Shown here in pieces: positions 7,883 to 15,144 of a stretch of 32,844 nucleotides of DNA. This DNA comes from a virus (taxonomy: Duplodnaviria > Caudoviricetes): positions 1-32,844 of the IMG/VR virus record IMGVR_UViG_3300017909_002275; one strand, written 5' to 3'. A program made the position numbers and the translations under genes. The first letter of the stretch is position 1. Each line of letters starts with the position of its first letter. The notes under the pieces are model-generated. The model saw only the letters and a program-made list of their open reading frames with translations. It was not told where the DNA came from and searched no databases.

Positions 7883-7913
7883 GGGGCTGGCCTGCACGGG
7901 TCAGCCCCTTTTT
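7883..7913 (+). terminator. Rho-independent terminator of the early operon
   Basis: GGGGCTGGCC/GGTCAGCCCC stem + TTTTT between convergent genes; preceded by the hairpin ATAAGCCGT/ACGGCTTAT. Confidence 0.8.
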
Positions 7914-7959
7914 ATTGCATAGCCTCTTAAAAGCCCTCAGAGGCACCTTAGAAACGTTT

Positions 7960-8511
7960 TTATAAATCCCCTAGCTCTGGTATATCGTCGCCCCTGTTTT
8001 GCTCTGTAAGGCGTTCTATGGCCTTTTGCGGTATCCTTATAAGCATTTGCCCGATATTTGCTGGCAGGGCACCGCTATCAATTTCGGCTTGTGTTTTGGT
8101 TATCGCTGCCCGTGCGCCTTCGATTGTCCAGTCCCCCCCACGGGTGCGGATATCGTCGGTCTGCTGTTCGCCCTTTGGGATATAGCTTGCAGGAGTGCGG
8201 TTGCGGACATGGTGTTCACGCGCCACCTGTTTAGAATGTTTTACGATTAAATTTAACGGGAACCAATAGCGGCTTGTGTGGTCTGATATCACGCCCCGCC
8301 AGATTTTACGCAAATATTCTGTATATAATTCGCTGTTAATATCGCTGGGCATGTTGCTGTTTATGGCTTCACAAATTTCCTGCAGGTATAGCTTTGCGCC
8401 CTCTGGGTTGTCACGCAAGCCGACATGAGCGACATACAATGTCGCCATGTTCGCCGCGAATTTTGTGCGACATAGGCTCATGCGACCTTCATAATCCATT
8501 TTATCTGTCAT
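7960..8511 (-). CDS. Hypothetical protein in the helicase-loader (lambda P) position
   Basis: 183 aa, ATGA-coupled downstream of the initiator; function from synteny only. Confidence 0.55.
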   Translation of the reverse strand: MTDKMDYEGRMSLCRTKFAANMATLYVAHVGLRDNPEGAKLYLQEICEAINSNMPSDINSELYTEYLRKIWRGVISDHTSRYWFPLNLIVKHSKQVAREHHVRNRTPASYIPKGEQQTDDIRTRGGDWTIEGARAAITKTQAEIDSGALPANIGQMLIRIPQKAIERLTEQNRGDDIPELGDL

Positions 8512-8948
8512 TTTTTCCCTTTCAGTGCCCGTTCAGCTAAGTCCAAAAACGGGTCTTGTTTTGTCTGTTTGTCTCTGTCTGAGTCATAAACATTACAAGA
8601 TATATTATTTACTGGTTCATGACTGGTTAATGGCTCACTGTGAGACACTTTAGTCTCACTGTGAGACTGTTTAGTCTCAGCCTGAGACAACAAGAGGCGA
8701 TATAGATTGCTTGTTTTCTTTCCATCCTTGCCCCTGCGAGTGACCCGAATAAAGCCGTGCTTTTCCAAATATGATATCTTGCGGTACACGGATGCCTTGC
8801 TAAGCCCCGTCACCACCATTAGCCTTGCGGCTGAAGGATAGCACGAACCGCGTTTGTCTGCGTGGCGTGCAATCGCCAGCAAAACCAGCTTGGCTTGTGG
8901 GTCTGCCACGGGTGCATCGAAGGCACTTTCGACCAGTTTGAAACTCAT
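8508..8948 (-). CDS. Replication initiator (HTH_36-type winged HTH, lambda O-like layout)
   Basis: AKLVLLAIARHAD...CYPS..RL...TGLS...V...I..LE..GFI...SNLY, then SHSET repeats encoded by iterons and HEPVN. Confidence 0.8.
   Translation of the reverse strand: MSFKLVESAFDAPVADPQAKLVLLAIARHADKRGSCYPSAARLMVVTGLSKASVYRKISYLEKHGFIRVTRRGKDGKKTSNLYRLLLSQAETKQSHSETKVSHSEPLTSHEPVNNISCNVYDSDRDKQTKQDPFLDLAERALKGKK
8571..8688 (-). repeat. Putative replication origin inside the initiator gene
   Basis: Palindromic 15-mers GTCTCA-N3-TGAGAC-like at 8632, 8653, 8674 (21-bp period), AT-rich tract, fourth copy at 8571. Confidence 0.8.
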
Positions 8949-9367
8949 ACAAGCCACTCACGAATAACGCTCAGGCCGCCAGCTAAATCTAGCGTTACGG
9001 GTATCAGCCCATTGCCCTCAACAGGCCACGAATACTGGTCACTGTCCATAGCCCAGTCTGCGTTGATTGCGTAGACGGGAAGAGTTACCCGAATCGGCTG
9101 ACGGTCATATCGCCAAATTAAACAGGGTATCATGTTCTGCTTCGCGGCGGCGGCTTTGGTCTGTTCCCACCATGCAGGTGCAAACCAGTTGCCCTGCTTG
9201 TACCTTTTAGCTTCGACTAAAATTAACTCGCCAAGCTCTATGTCACCCAACTCGCTTTCTTGGTATTGCGTGAGATTGCGGCGGCACTCAACCCCCAATT
9301 CCTCACGAAATATTTTTACCAACTCACGCTCGAAGGACGCGCCTTTCGTCCTACTCAGCTTGGACAT
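8945..9367 (-). CDS. PD-(D/E)XK Holliday junction resolvase-like nuclease
   Basis: SRTKGASFERE...GDI...VEAKRY...WWEQ...PCLIWR. Confidence 0.8.
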   Translation of the reverse strand: MSKLSRTKGASFERELVKIFREELGVECRRNLTQYQESELGDIELGELILVEAKRYKQGNWFAPAWWEQTKAAAAKQNMIPCLIWRYDRQPIRVTLPVYAINADWAMDSDQYSWPVEGNGLIPVTLDLAGGLSVIREWLV

Positions 9368-9575
9368 TTTCGGCCTGCGGCACAAAGTCGTTTGCGGTGA
9401 TGGCACCCTCAGTCGCCTGAGTTATGAGCGGTATGTGCCCCCAATCTGGGCGAGTCTCGCCAGTCATCCACCTGAACGCGCAGGACTGCGTGACGTTGCA
9501 TCGCCGCCCCAACTCATAGCTTGATATGCCTTTGAGTTCACACCACTCGCCAAGTTTCGTATTTTGATAAGACAT
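9351..9575 (-). CDS. Cro/YdaS-like HTH regulator
   Basis: ELGRRCNVTQSCAFRWMTGETRP...ITQATEGAITANDF; AAGGAG RBS. Confidence 0.8.
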   Translation of the reverse strand: MSYQNTKLGEWCELKGISSYELGRRCNVTQSCAFRWMTGETRPDWGHIPLITQATEGAITANDFVPQAENVQAE

Positions 9576-9593
9576 CTGTTTCTCCTTCTTTCA

Positions 9594-9666
9594 GATGCAC
9601 AAGCCGTATCATCCACTGCAAGCATTGTCAAGGCTGCAAAAAGATGCTAGAACTGCATCTGCAAGG
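9594..9666. promoter_or_regulatory. Divergent control region
   Basis: Minus-strand TTGACA-N17-TACGGC; AGATGC-N7-GCATCT palindrome; several CTGCA repeats. Confidence 0.45.
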
Positions 9667-9682
9667 AATCAAGGAGAACACC

Positions 9683-10072
9683 ATGACGTTAATTAAATGG
9701 CCTCTACGGGCTGGGCAGGTGAAGGACTACACCAACCTAGTCCTCAACGGTTACACGCCGACAGACATAGATTTTATCTATGACCTGAAGGGCAAGAAGT
9801 ATGTGCTAGGCGAACTCAAGGGAGTCGGGGCATCCATGCCCGAAGGTCAACGAAGGATGCTTCGCTACCTAATCCAAAACCTTGTCGCCGCAGGGTGCGA
9901 AGTGTGCCTGATGGTGGCAGAACACGACACCAACCCGTCCCAGCACATTGACGTTGGAAACTGCATCATAACGAAATGCACGACTGTTCGTGACGGAGTG
10001 ACCAGCGAGAGCATGTATATTGGCATGAGGGTGGTTGATGCGTGTAATGAATTTCTAGGTCTGGAAGACTAA
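9683..10072 (+). CDS. Small PD-(D/E)XK-fold protein
   Basis: PTDIDF...LGELK...PEGQ motif; AAGGAG RBS. Confidence 0.55.
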   Translation: MTLIKWPLRAGQVKDYTNLVLNGYTPTDIDFIYDLKGKKYVLGELKGVGASMPEGQRRMLRYLIQNLVAAGCEVCLMVAEHDTNPSQHIDVGNCIITKCTTVRDGVTSESMYIGMRVVDACNEFLGLED

Positions 10073-10133
10073 TGAAAGAAATGTATTGACTATCCAGTTC
10101 TCGTGTGCATTATGGGGACAAGGAGAAAAGGGA

Positions 10134-10991
10134 ATGAGAGAAAAACTACAGGCAAACATCGCCGCGATTGGGCTTACGCATGGCTCTCCAAGCCAGCTTG
10201 AGAAGCCTATCTGTCTGCGCCTGTTTGAGTACGTTTACCTCAAGGATGAGCGTAAGAATATCCCTACCAATGTGCCAGCCATTGCTGGTGGCTCCGCTCA
10301 CGATGCCATACAGGGCATCCTGTGTGATGGCCTTGCGCCAGAAGATGCAATACAGGTGGCGCAACAGCGCATATCAGAACACACCCCCACAGACGACAAC
10401 GACGAGATAAAGCGTGACCGATACGTTGAGGACGTTGTGGCTATGGTCGCCAATGGCACCGAAGGCTGTCTAAGCCTGACGAGTGGCTGGTTCAATGAAG
10501 CAATGACTGCTGAAGAGCAAATTACAGTAGAGCATCCAAAGCTGACCATGCCGATTATCGGCTTTGTCGATTTGACTGGTGACTTTGAGTTTATCGAAAT
10601 CAAGACCAAGTGGAACGGTCTTGGCATGGAAAGAAAAGATGGAAGCCGTGGTGTGCGGAAGGTGAAGCTGCCAGAGGTGCCCCAGCCAGAGCATGTAAGA
10701 CAGGTGGCTGTGTACAGCGTGGCGACAGGCAAGAAGGCCAATCTTGTCTATGCCAGCACAGAAGGCTATGTGACCTTCAACTCAGATAACTGTGACCTTC
10801 TATCTGATGCGTCACTCAACCACCATTTCAACCAGATTCTGCACAATGCGATTGTGTGGGAGAATCTGCTGTCCATCAGCAGTGACCCGAATGTCCTGAA
10901 GTATTGGATACAACCAAACTGGGACGACTTTCGCTGGCGGTTTATGCCAGATGATTACCTACAACAAGCGAAGGAGTTGTTTAAGATATAA
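10134..10991 (+). CDS. PD-(D/E)XK exonuclease (RecE/Cas4-like) of a two-component recombination pair
   Basis: SPSQL...GGSAH...GFVDL...EIKT...QVAVY; upstream of the SSAP. Confidence 0.8.
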   Translation: MREKLQANIAAIGLTHGSPSQLEKPICLRLFEYVYLKDERKNIPTNVPAIAGGSAHDAIQGILCDGLAPEDAIQVAQQRISEHTPTDDNDEIKRDRYVEDVVAMVANGTEGCLSLTSGWFNEAMTAEEQITVEHPKLTMPIIGFVDLTGDFEFIEIKTKWNGLGMERKDGSRGVRKVKLPEVPQPEHVRQVAVYSVATGKKANLVYASTEGYVTFNSDNCDLLSDASLNHHFNQILHNAIVWENLLSISSDPNVLKYWIQPNWDDFRWRFMPDDYLQQAKELFKI

Positions 10992-11635
10992 TGGAAAATC
11001 TAGCAAAAGAAATATGGGACAAGCTGTCAGCTATTGACTGTAGCGAACACGTTGAGAAAAAGGGCAGGTTCAGCTACCTAAGTTGGGCTTGGGCTTGGCA
11101 CATCCTCAAGAAGGAGTTTCCAGAGGCGCAGTTCGAGAAGCATTGCAATGAGAACGGCTACCCATACTTTACTGACCCAAACGGCTACGCCTTTGTAAAA
11201 GTGACAGTCAGGATTCGTGACGTTGAGGCATCTGAGATGCTTTATGTTATGGACAACAAAAATCATGCAATCAAGAACCCGACAAGCGGAGATGTTAACG
11301 CCTCTCTTCAGCGTTGCCTTGTTAAAGCAATCGCCTTTTTGGGTCTTGGACTTTACATTTACTCTGGCGAGGACTTGCCAGAAGACGCAACGAAACTTGA
11401 AAAGGGAGCCTCGACGGAGACTCCCAAGACCCCGAAGTCTAGCCCTCCCAAGCCTTCGGGGTCGCCTAATAAGACCATTGAGGAGCGTGTAAACGCTACG
11501 CCTGACCTTGCTGGTTTGAAAGCCTTGTATGAAGAGGTGAAAGAAGAAACACAGGCAATGAAGCAAGGTGAACGAGACAGAATTGTTAACTTGTTTATCA
11601 AACGTAAGGCTGAAATCGGAAAGGAAACGAAATGA
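10991..11635 (+). CDS. sak: Sak / Rad52-like single-strand annealing protein (DUF1071)
   Basis: EKKGRFSYLSWAWAW...VMDNKN...QRCLVKAIAFLGLGLYIYSGEDLP. Confidence 0.85.
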   Translation: MENLAKEIWDKLSAIDCSEHVEKKGRFSYLSWAWAWHILKKEFPEAQFEKHCNENGYPYFTDPNGYAFVKVTVRIRDVEASEMLYVMDNKNHAIKNPTSGDVNASLQRCLVKAIAFLGLGLYIYSGEDLPEDATKLEKGASTETPKTPKSSPPKPSGSPNKTIEERVNATPDLAGLKALYEEVKEETQAMKQGERDRIVNLFIKRKAEIGKETK

Positions 11636-11877
11636 GCCAGAAATACGACAACAGAGGCCAGATATCTCTCTGGTTGAATGAGAAGTACGAAGCGGGTGGA
11701 AAGTACCCCAAATACAAAGGGTCTGTCATCCTGATGGATGGCTCTTCCAGAGAGGTAGCCCTGTGGGAAAACGACAGCGATAACCCCAAGGCTCCAGCCT
11801 TGAAGGGCAAGCATGAAGAGAAGAAGGAACGCGCAGAGGCCGCTCCTGAAGCTCTTGATGACGAAATCCCGTTTTAG
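11632..11877 (+). CDS. SSB-like protein (DUF736-like)
   Basis: KYPKYKG...VALW; C-terminal DDEIPF; follows the SSAP. Confidence 0.7.
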   Translation: MSQKYDNRGQISLWLNEKYEAGGKYPKYKGSVILMDGSSREVALWENDSDNPKAPALKGKHEEKKERAEAAPEALDDEIPF

Positions 11878-11882
11878 GAGTA

Positions 11883-12230
11883 TTGAAGATGAGCGGGACA
11901 GCCTACAAATGCGGTAAGTGTGATGGGCACGGAGTCCTGCTCATCAACATTTCATCAGATGGAGAGGGAGACTCTTACATCGAAAAGCCCTGCCCCCACT
12001 GCAATGGGACAGGTTATGTATCAAAGGCACAGCTAATGGATAATGAACCAGATATAAAAGTAAGAGAACCAGAACTCATTGCCATACCAATGAACGGTGC
12101 AATGCGTGTTTATGTGAATGGCAAGACGTATCAACGCCCAATGTCATCACGGCAGCTATACAAGCTGGCGCACTACGCGCTGAGTGTTGCAATGGACACT
12201 GAGGCTTATGAGAAGGAAAACAAACAATGA
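11883..12230 (+). CDS. Protein with a DnaJ-type Zn finger
   Basis: CGKCDGHG...CPHCNGTG. Confidence 0.65.
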   Translation: MKMSGTAYKCGKCDGHGVLLINISSDGEGDSYIEKPCPHCNGTGYVSKAQLMDNEPDIKVREPELIAIPMNGAMRVYVNGKTYQRPMSSRQLYKLAHYALSVAMDTEAYEKENKQ

Positions 12231-12430
12231 CAAGTAAAAAAGATTTTACAGTATGTGTTGCCTACGAGGAGGGCTTCCAATTTAACGTTAGAGCGGCAAG
12301 TGAGTTAGAGGCAGAAAAAATAGCTATGGAACTTGTTGATGAATATTCAAACGATTTGCCAAAAAATTATCGTACAGATGTCGTTCACCGCGATTTTTTT
12401 GTAACCGATACAAAGCAAAACGGGGCGTGA
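12227..12430 (+). CDS. Small hypothetical protein (DpnD/PcfM-like pattern)
   Basis: VRAASELEAEKIA pattern; ATGA coupling. Confidence 0.6.
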   Translation: MTSKKDFTVCVAYEEGFQFNVRAASELEAEKIAMELVDEYSNDLPKNYRTDVVHRDFFVTDTKQNGA

Positions 12431-12433
12431 ACA

Positions 12434-12946
12434 ATGAAAGTAAATGTTGAGATAAAAGTAAATATGAAGGGCGATGACGGTCAGGATGTCGTCTACGATG
12501 ACGAAGATATTGTCTCTGTAGCGTCCGTCATAAGGGCTGTCGGTGAGGTCTTCATGGTGGACGAGTCCACGCTGAAAAGCAAACGCCGCCCAGCCTATGT
12601 AGCACGGGCACGGCAAGCCATGTACTACCTGTGCTGGCTCAAGACTAGAAGCAGTCTGCCCCGCATTGGTGAGATGGTTGAACGCGACCACACGACTGTA
12701 CTGTGGGGACGCAACAGGTGCATACAACTTATGCGCCAGAACGATATGTATAAAGACATGGTAATGATGGCAAAGGAGCTTGCAGAGCAATATGAAGCAG
12801 AAAAAAAGAGAGAGGCTAGAAAAGGTGCTGAGGAGATTAAACGAAAAATCGAAGAAGCACTGGAGGAAAGAAGCTCAAATGTGGAGAGACCGTGCTTTGC
12901 AAGCGGAGTGGAAGCTGTTGGAAATCTCGTCTGTCCCGAAGGATAG
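12434..12946 (+). CDS. DnaA C-terminal (domain IV) HTH-like protein
   Basis: LKSKRR...VARARQAMYYL...SLPRIGEMVERDHTTVL matches the DnaA domain IV signature; no AAA+ domain. Confidence 0.8.
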   Translation: MKVNVEIKVNMKGDDGQDVVYDDEDIVSVASVIRAVGEVFMVDESTLKSKRRPAYVARARQAMYYLCWLKTRSSLPRIGEMVERDHTTVLWGRNRCIQLMRQNDMYKDMVMMAKELAEQYEAEKKREARKGAEEIKRKIEEALEERSSNVERPCFASGVEAVGNLVCPEG

Positions 12947-12952
12947 TCAGGG

Positions 12953-13159
12953 ATGGTTAAAGCTAAGAAAGCAAAAGGCAAGAGAGGCTCTTGCAAAACT
13001 ATTAGACGAGAAAAATGCCAAGGATGTGGACAAGGAGTCGATATAGATGGGCACGATTGGGCAGTTTTTTACAAGGATGGGGCATATCATACAGCACATT
13101 ACTCGTGTGGATTACAACTTTGGCGGTCAGACGATATCCCTGACTTCGGAGAACTCTGA
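12953..13159 (+). CDS. Small Zn-finger-like protein
   Basis: CQGC...HYSC, basic N-terminus, DDIPDFGEL tail. Confidence 0.55.
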   Translation: MVKAKKAKGKRGSCKTIRREKCQGCGQGVDIDGHDWAVFYKDGAYHTAHYSCGLQLWRSDDIPDFGEL

Positions 13160-13172
13160 AGACTTGGAAGAG

Positions 13173-13358
13173 ATGTACACTAGGCTGGATGATTTGACTG
13201 TCGAGATAGAGTACATTGAAGAGAACTGCAATATGTACCAGCAAGACGGTCAATGGCGTATCCAAGGATATGCCCTTGAGCAGAAATACGAAACCCTCTG
13301 CATCGAGCAAGAGGAGCTTCTGAAATCCCTAGAGAGATTGGAGAGTGAGCGTGAGTGA
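13173..13358 (+). CDS. Hypothetical acidic coiled-coil protein
   Basis: 3' part of ORF 13047-13358; start uncertain. Confidence 0.5.
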   Translation: MYTRLDDLTVEIEYIEENCNMYQQDGQWRIQGYALEQKYETLCIEQEELLKSLERLESERE

Positions 13359-13542
13359 GATAGACAATATAACCTTGGTGTACCTGAGAGGCTCTCCAGA
13401 CGATGACTTGGCGGCAGAGATTTGCGTCAAGGATGGGGTGAACTATACAGTAGTAGGGATGTCCGAAAGGGCACTGTATAATCTAGCAAAAGAAGCTGTC
13501 CACCTACTTGGTCAGCGTAAGTTTTTTAACAAGGGGAAATGA
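13351..13542 (+). CDS. Hypothetical protein
   Basis: ORF tiles the operon; GGAG upstream of a GTG. Confidence 0.55.
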   Translation: MSEIDNITLVYLRGSPDDDLAAEICVKDGVNYTVVGMSERALYNLAKEAVHLLGQRKFFNKGK

Positions 13543-13543
13543 T

Positions 13544-13723
13544 ATGGACTTGATTAAGATACTGGACATGCACACAGACACGGTGCTGAAGCAGACAAAG
13601 GCTTTGCAGGAGTTGAACGAAACACGCGAAGGCTTTGACGCAATGAAGAACGAAAAGGTCAAAGAAAGCCTTGCAGACAGCACAAGCATACTGTCTCAGG
13701 TTTTGCAGTCTTTGGAAGATTAA
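13544..13723 (+). CDS. Hypothetical protein
   Basis: AAGGGG RBS; last plus-strand ORF. Confidence 0.55.
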   Translation: MDLIKILDMHTDTVLKQTKALQELNETREGFDAMKNEKVKESLADSTSILSQVLQSLED

Positions 13724-13881
13724 GGAATCAGGGTGGCTGTTATTCCTATGGCGGTGGGTAAGTGCATCGCTTGATAGCCTAAATCGTTAGTCAGAACCCC
13801 GCCCTAATATGGTTAAGTATAGGGTCTGATGTACGCAAACCTGAACAGCCTTAAAGCATTGACAGGAAATTTAGGCGACAC

Positions 13882-14298
13882 TTACGACTTCTTACGGAGT
13901 CTGGCAGTTTTCTTCGCAATCTTCTTGGGTTGCTTAGAGAACTGCTTTCCTTTTTTCATATCACGCCGCTTCTTGGCAGACGTAGCAAGATACTCAGCCG
14001 CAGACAGCTTCTGTCGTGTCCTCTTGGGCAGATAACGCTCACCAGTAGCCTTCTTGCCCTGCACAGAGGGCTTGCCAGACTTGGTGCCCCACTCCTCTTT
14101 AGTCCACTTGGACAGGCTCTTCTGCTTCTTACCCTTGCCGCCACGATAGCCACCACCAGCCGCCTTGTATTGCTGTGCCAGCATCTGAGCCTTACGCGCA
14201 GACCACTGCCCAGCTTTACCACCCTTGCTGCCAGCCATAATCTTGTTTTTCAGGCGTTCTCGCAGCTTCGGCTTGGTGTATTTACTCTTCTCAGCCAT
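13882..14298 (-). CDS. Very basic protein (DUF5872-like)
   Basis: YTKPKLRERLK...GGKAGQWSARKAQMLAQQYKAAGGGY...ERYLPK. Confidence 0.75.
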   Translation of the reverse strand: MAEKSKYTKPKLRERLKNKIMAGSKGGKAGQWSARKAQMLAQQYKAAGGGYRGGKGKKQKSLSKWTKEEWGTKSGKPSVQGKKATGERYLPKRTRQKLSAAEYLATSAKKRRDMKKGKQFSKQPKKIAKKTARLRKKS

Positions 14299-14755
14299 TG
14301 CCTAGCCCCAGTGTGTAAGACTTGCCATCATAGCTCAATGATGCGTTGCGATTGTCTGCTCTGTTCTTGTAGCTACAATGCACCCAACCGCTCTGAGGGT
14401 CTTCAGGATTGTGGAACTCAAGGATAATCTGGTCAAAGCTGAGATTGTCCTGCACCCACTTGGCGACCTCATAGTTGGACACACCAATCACCTCAAAGTC
14501 AGCCGCCTCGCCTTTCGCGTGTTGGCTGGTTGACTTACTGCCGATAGCCTCACACAGAGATGGGCTTCTGTAGCCGCTAGAGATGATTACAGGGCGACCA
14601 AAGCGTTTCCTGACAGGCTCTAACACATTATCGCAGAGAGCCTTCATAGAGGCTTTGTGTTCGTCTGAGGGGCTATTGTCTATGCCAAGTCGCGTGGCGG
14701 TCTGGCTCTTTGTCATCTCACCCAGCGTGAAATGCTCAGATAAGCGATTGCTCAT
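14291..14755 (-). CDS. Peptidase M15A-family endolysin
   Basis: LSEHFTLGEM, LEPVR, ISSGYR, SQHAKGEAAD, FDQIILE, WVH. Confidence 0.9.
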   Translation of the reverse strand: MSNRLSEHFTLGEMTKSQTATRLGIDNSPSDEHKASMKALCDNVLEPVRKRFGRPVIISSGYRSPSLCEAIGSKSTSQHAKGEAADFEVIGVSNYEVAKWVQDNLSFDQIILEFHNPEDPQSGWVHCSYKNRADNRNASLSYDGKSYTLGLGNG

Positions 14756-14757
14756 TG

Positions 14758-15144
14758 TCACTTTCCCCGCAAGCTCATCAGTTTATCTGCCCCCTTGATG
14801 CCGAAGCTGGCAGAAATAGCGATAAACAGAAGATATTGATACCAGTCAGGCAAGCTCTCAAGGATTACGAAAGCTTCTCGCACACCCTCCCTTGTCGGCT
14901 CATAAAGCGCGAAGGGCAGGGGCAATAATAGCACCACAAGGGCAAGCTCGTCTTTCCATGAGTCTTTGGTCGAGTCTGCCATAGTGTTCTCCCACTGTTG
15001 CGTTCCTTCCGCGACTCTTTTTGATACTTCCGCACGTGCCTCTGCATCCGCGACACGCGCTCGTGACTTTGCTTTCGTTTCCTGTACTTTACCATCTACC
15101 CAATTCCCAGCTATACCAGCAACGGCAGTCAATAAGTTAATCAT
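14758..15144 (-). CDS. Putative holin (3TM type)
   Basis: SWKDE, hydrophobic segments, LPDWY...ASFGIKG; adjacent to the endolysin. Confidence 0.7.
   Translation of the reverse strand: MINLLTAVAGIAGNWVDGKVQETKAKSRARVADAEARAEVSKRVAEGTQQWENTMADSTKDSWKDELALVVLLLPLPFALYEPTREGVREAFVILESLPDWYQYLLFIAISASFGIKGADKLMSLRGK

Noticed and set aside
8571-8688. Palindromic repeats as a mini-CRISPR array
   Set aside because: 15-bp units with 6-bp spacers inside an initiator gene and no cas genes; they fit iterons
4670-8688. Invertible segment bounded by inverted repeats
   Set aside because: No serine or tyrosine recombinase seen, the repeats are about 20% diverged, and inversion would break the initiator gene; not excluded without reads
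10134-10991. Cas4 as part of a CRISPR system
   Set aside because: Its position next to Sak and SSB indicates a recombination exonuclease; no array or cas1/cas2
12780-13046. Overlapping alternative-frame ORF
   Set aside because: It overlaps two better-supported genes over nearly its whole length; a short MWRDRAL... product cannot be excluded but has no support
13820-13870. Hammerhead ribozyme (CTGATG...GAAA)
   Set aside because: The core reads CTGATGT rather than CTGANGA, and I could not build the three stems around it
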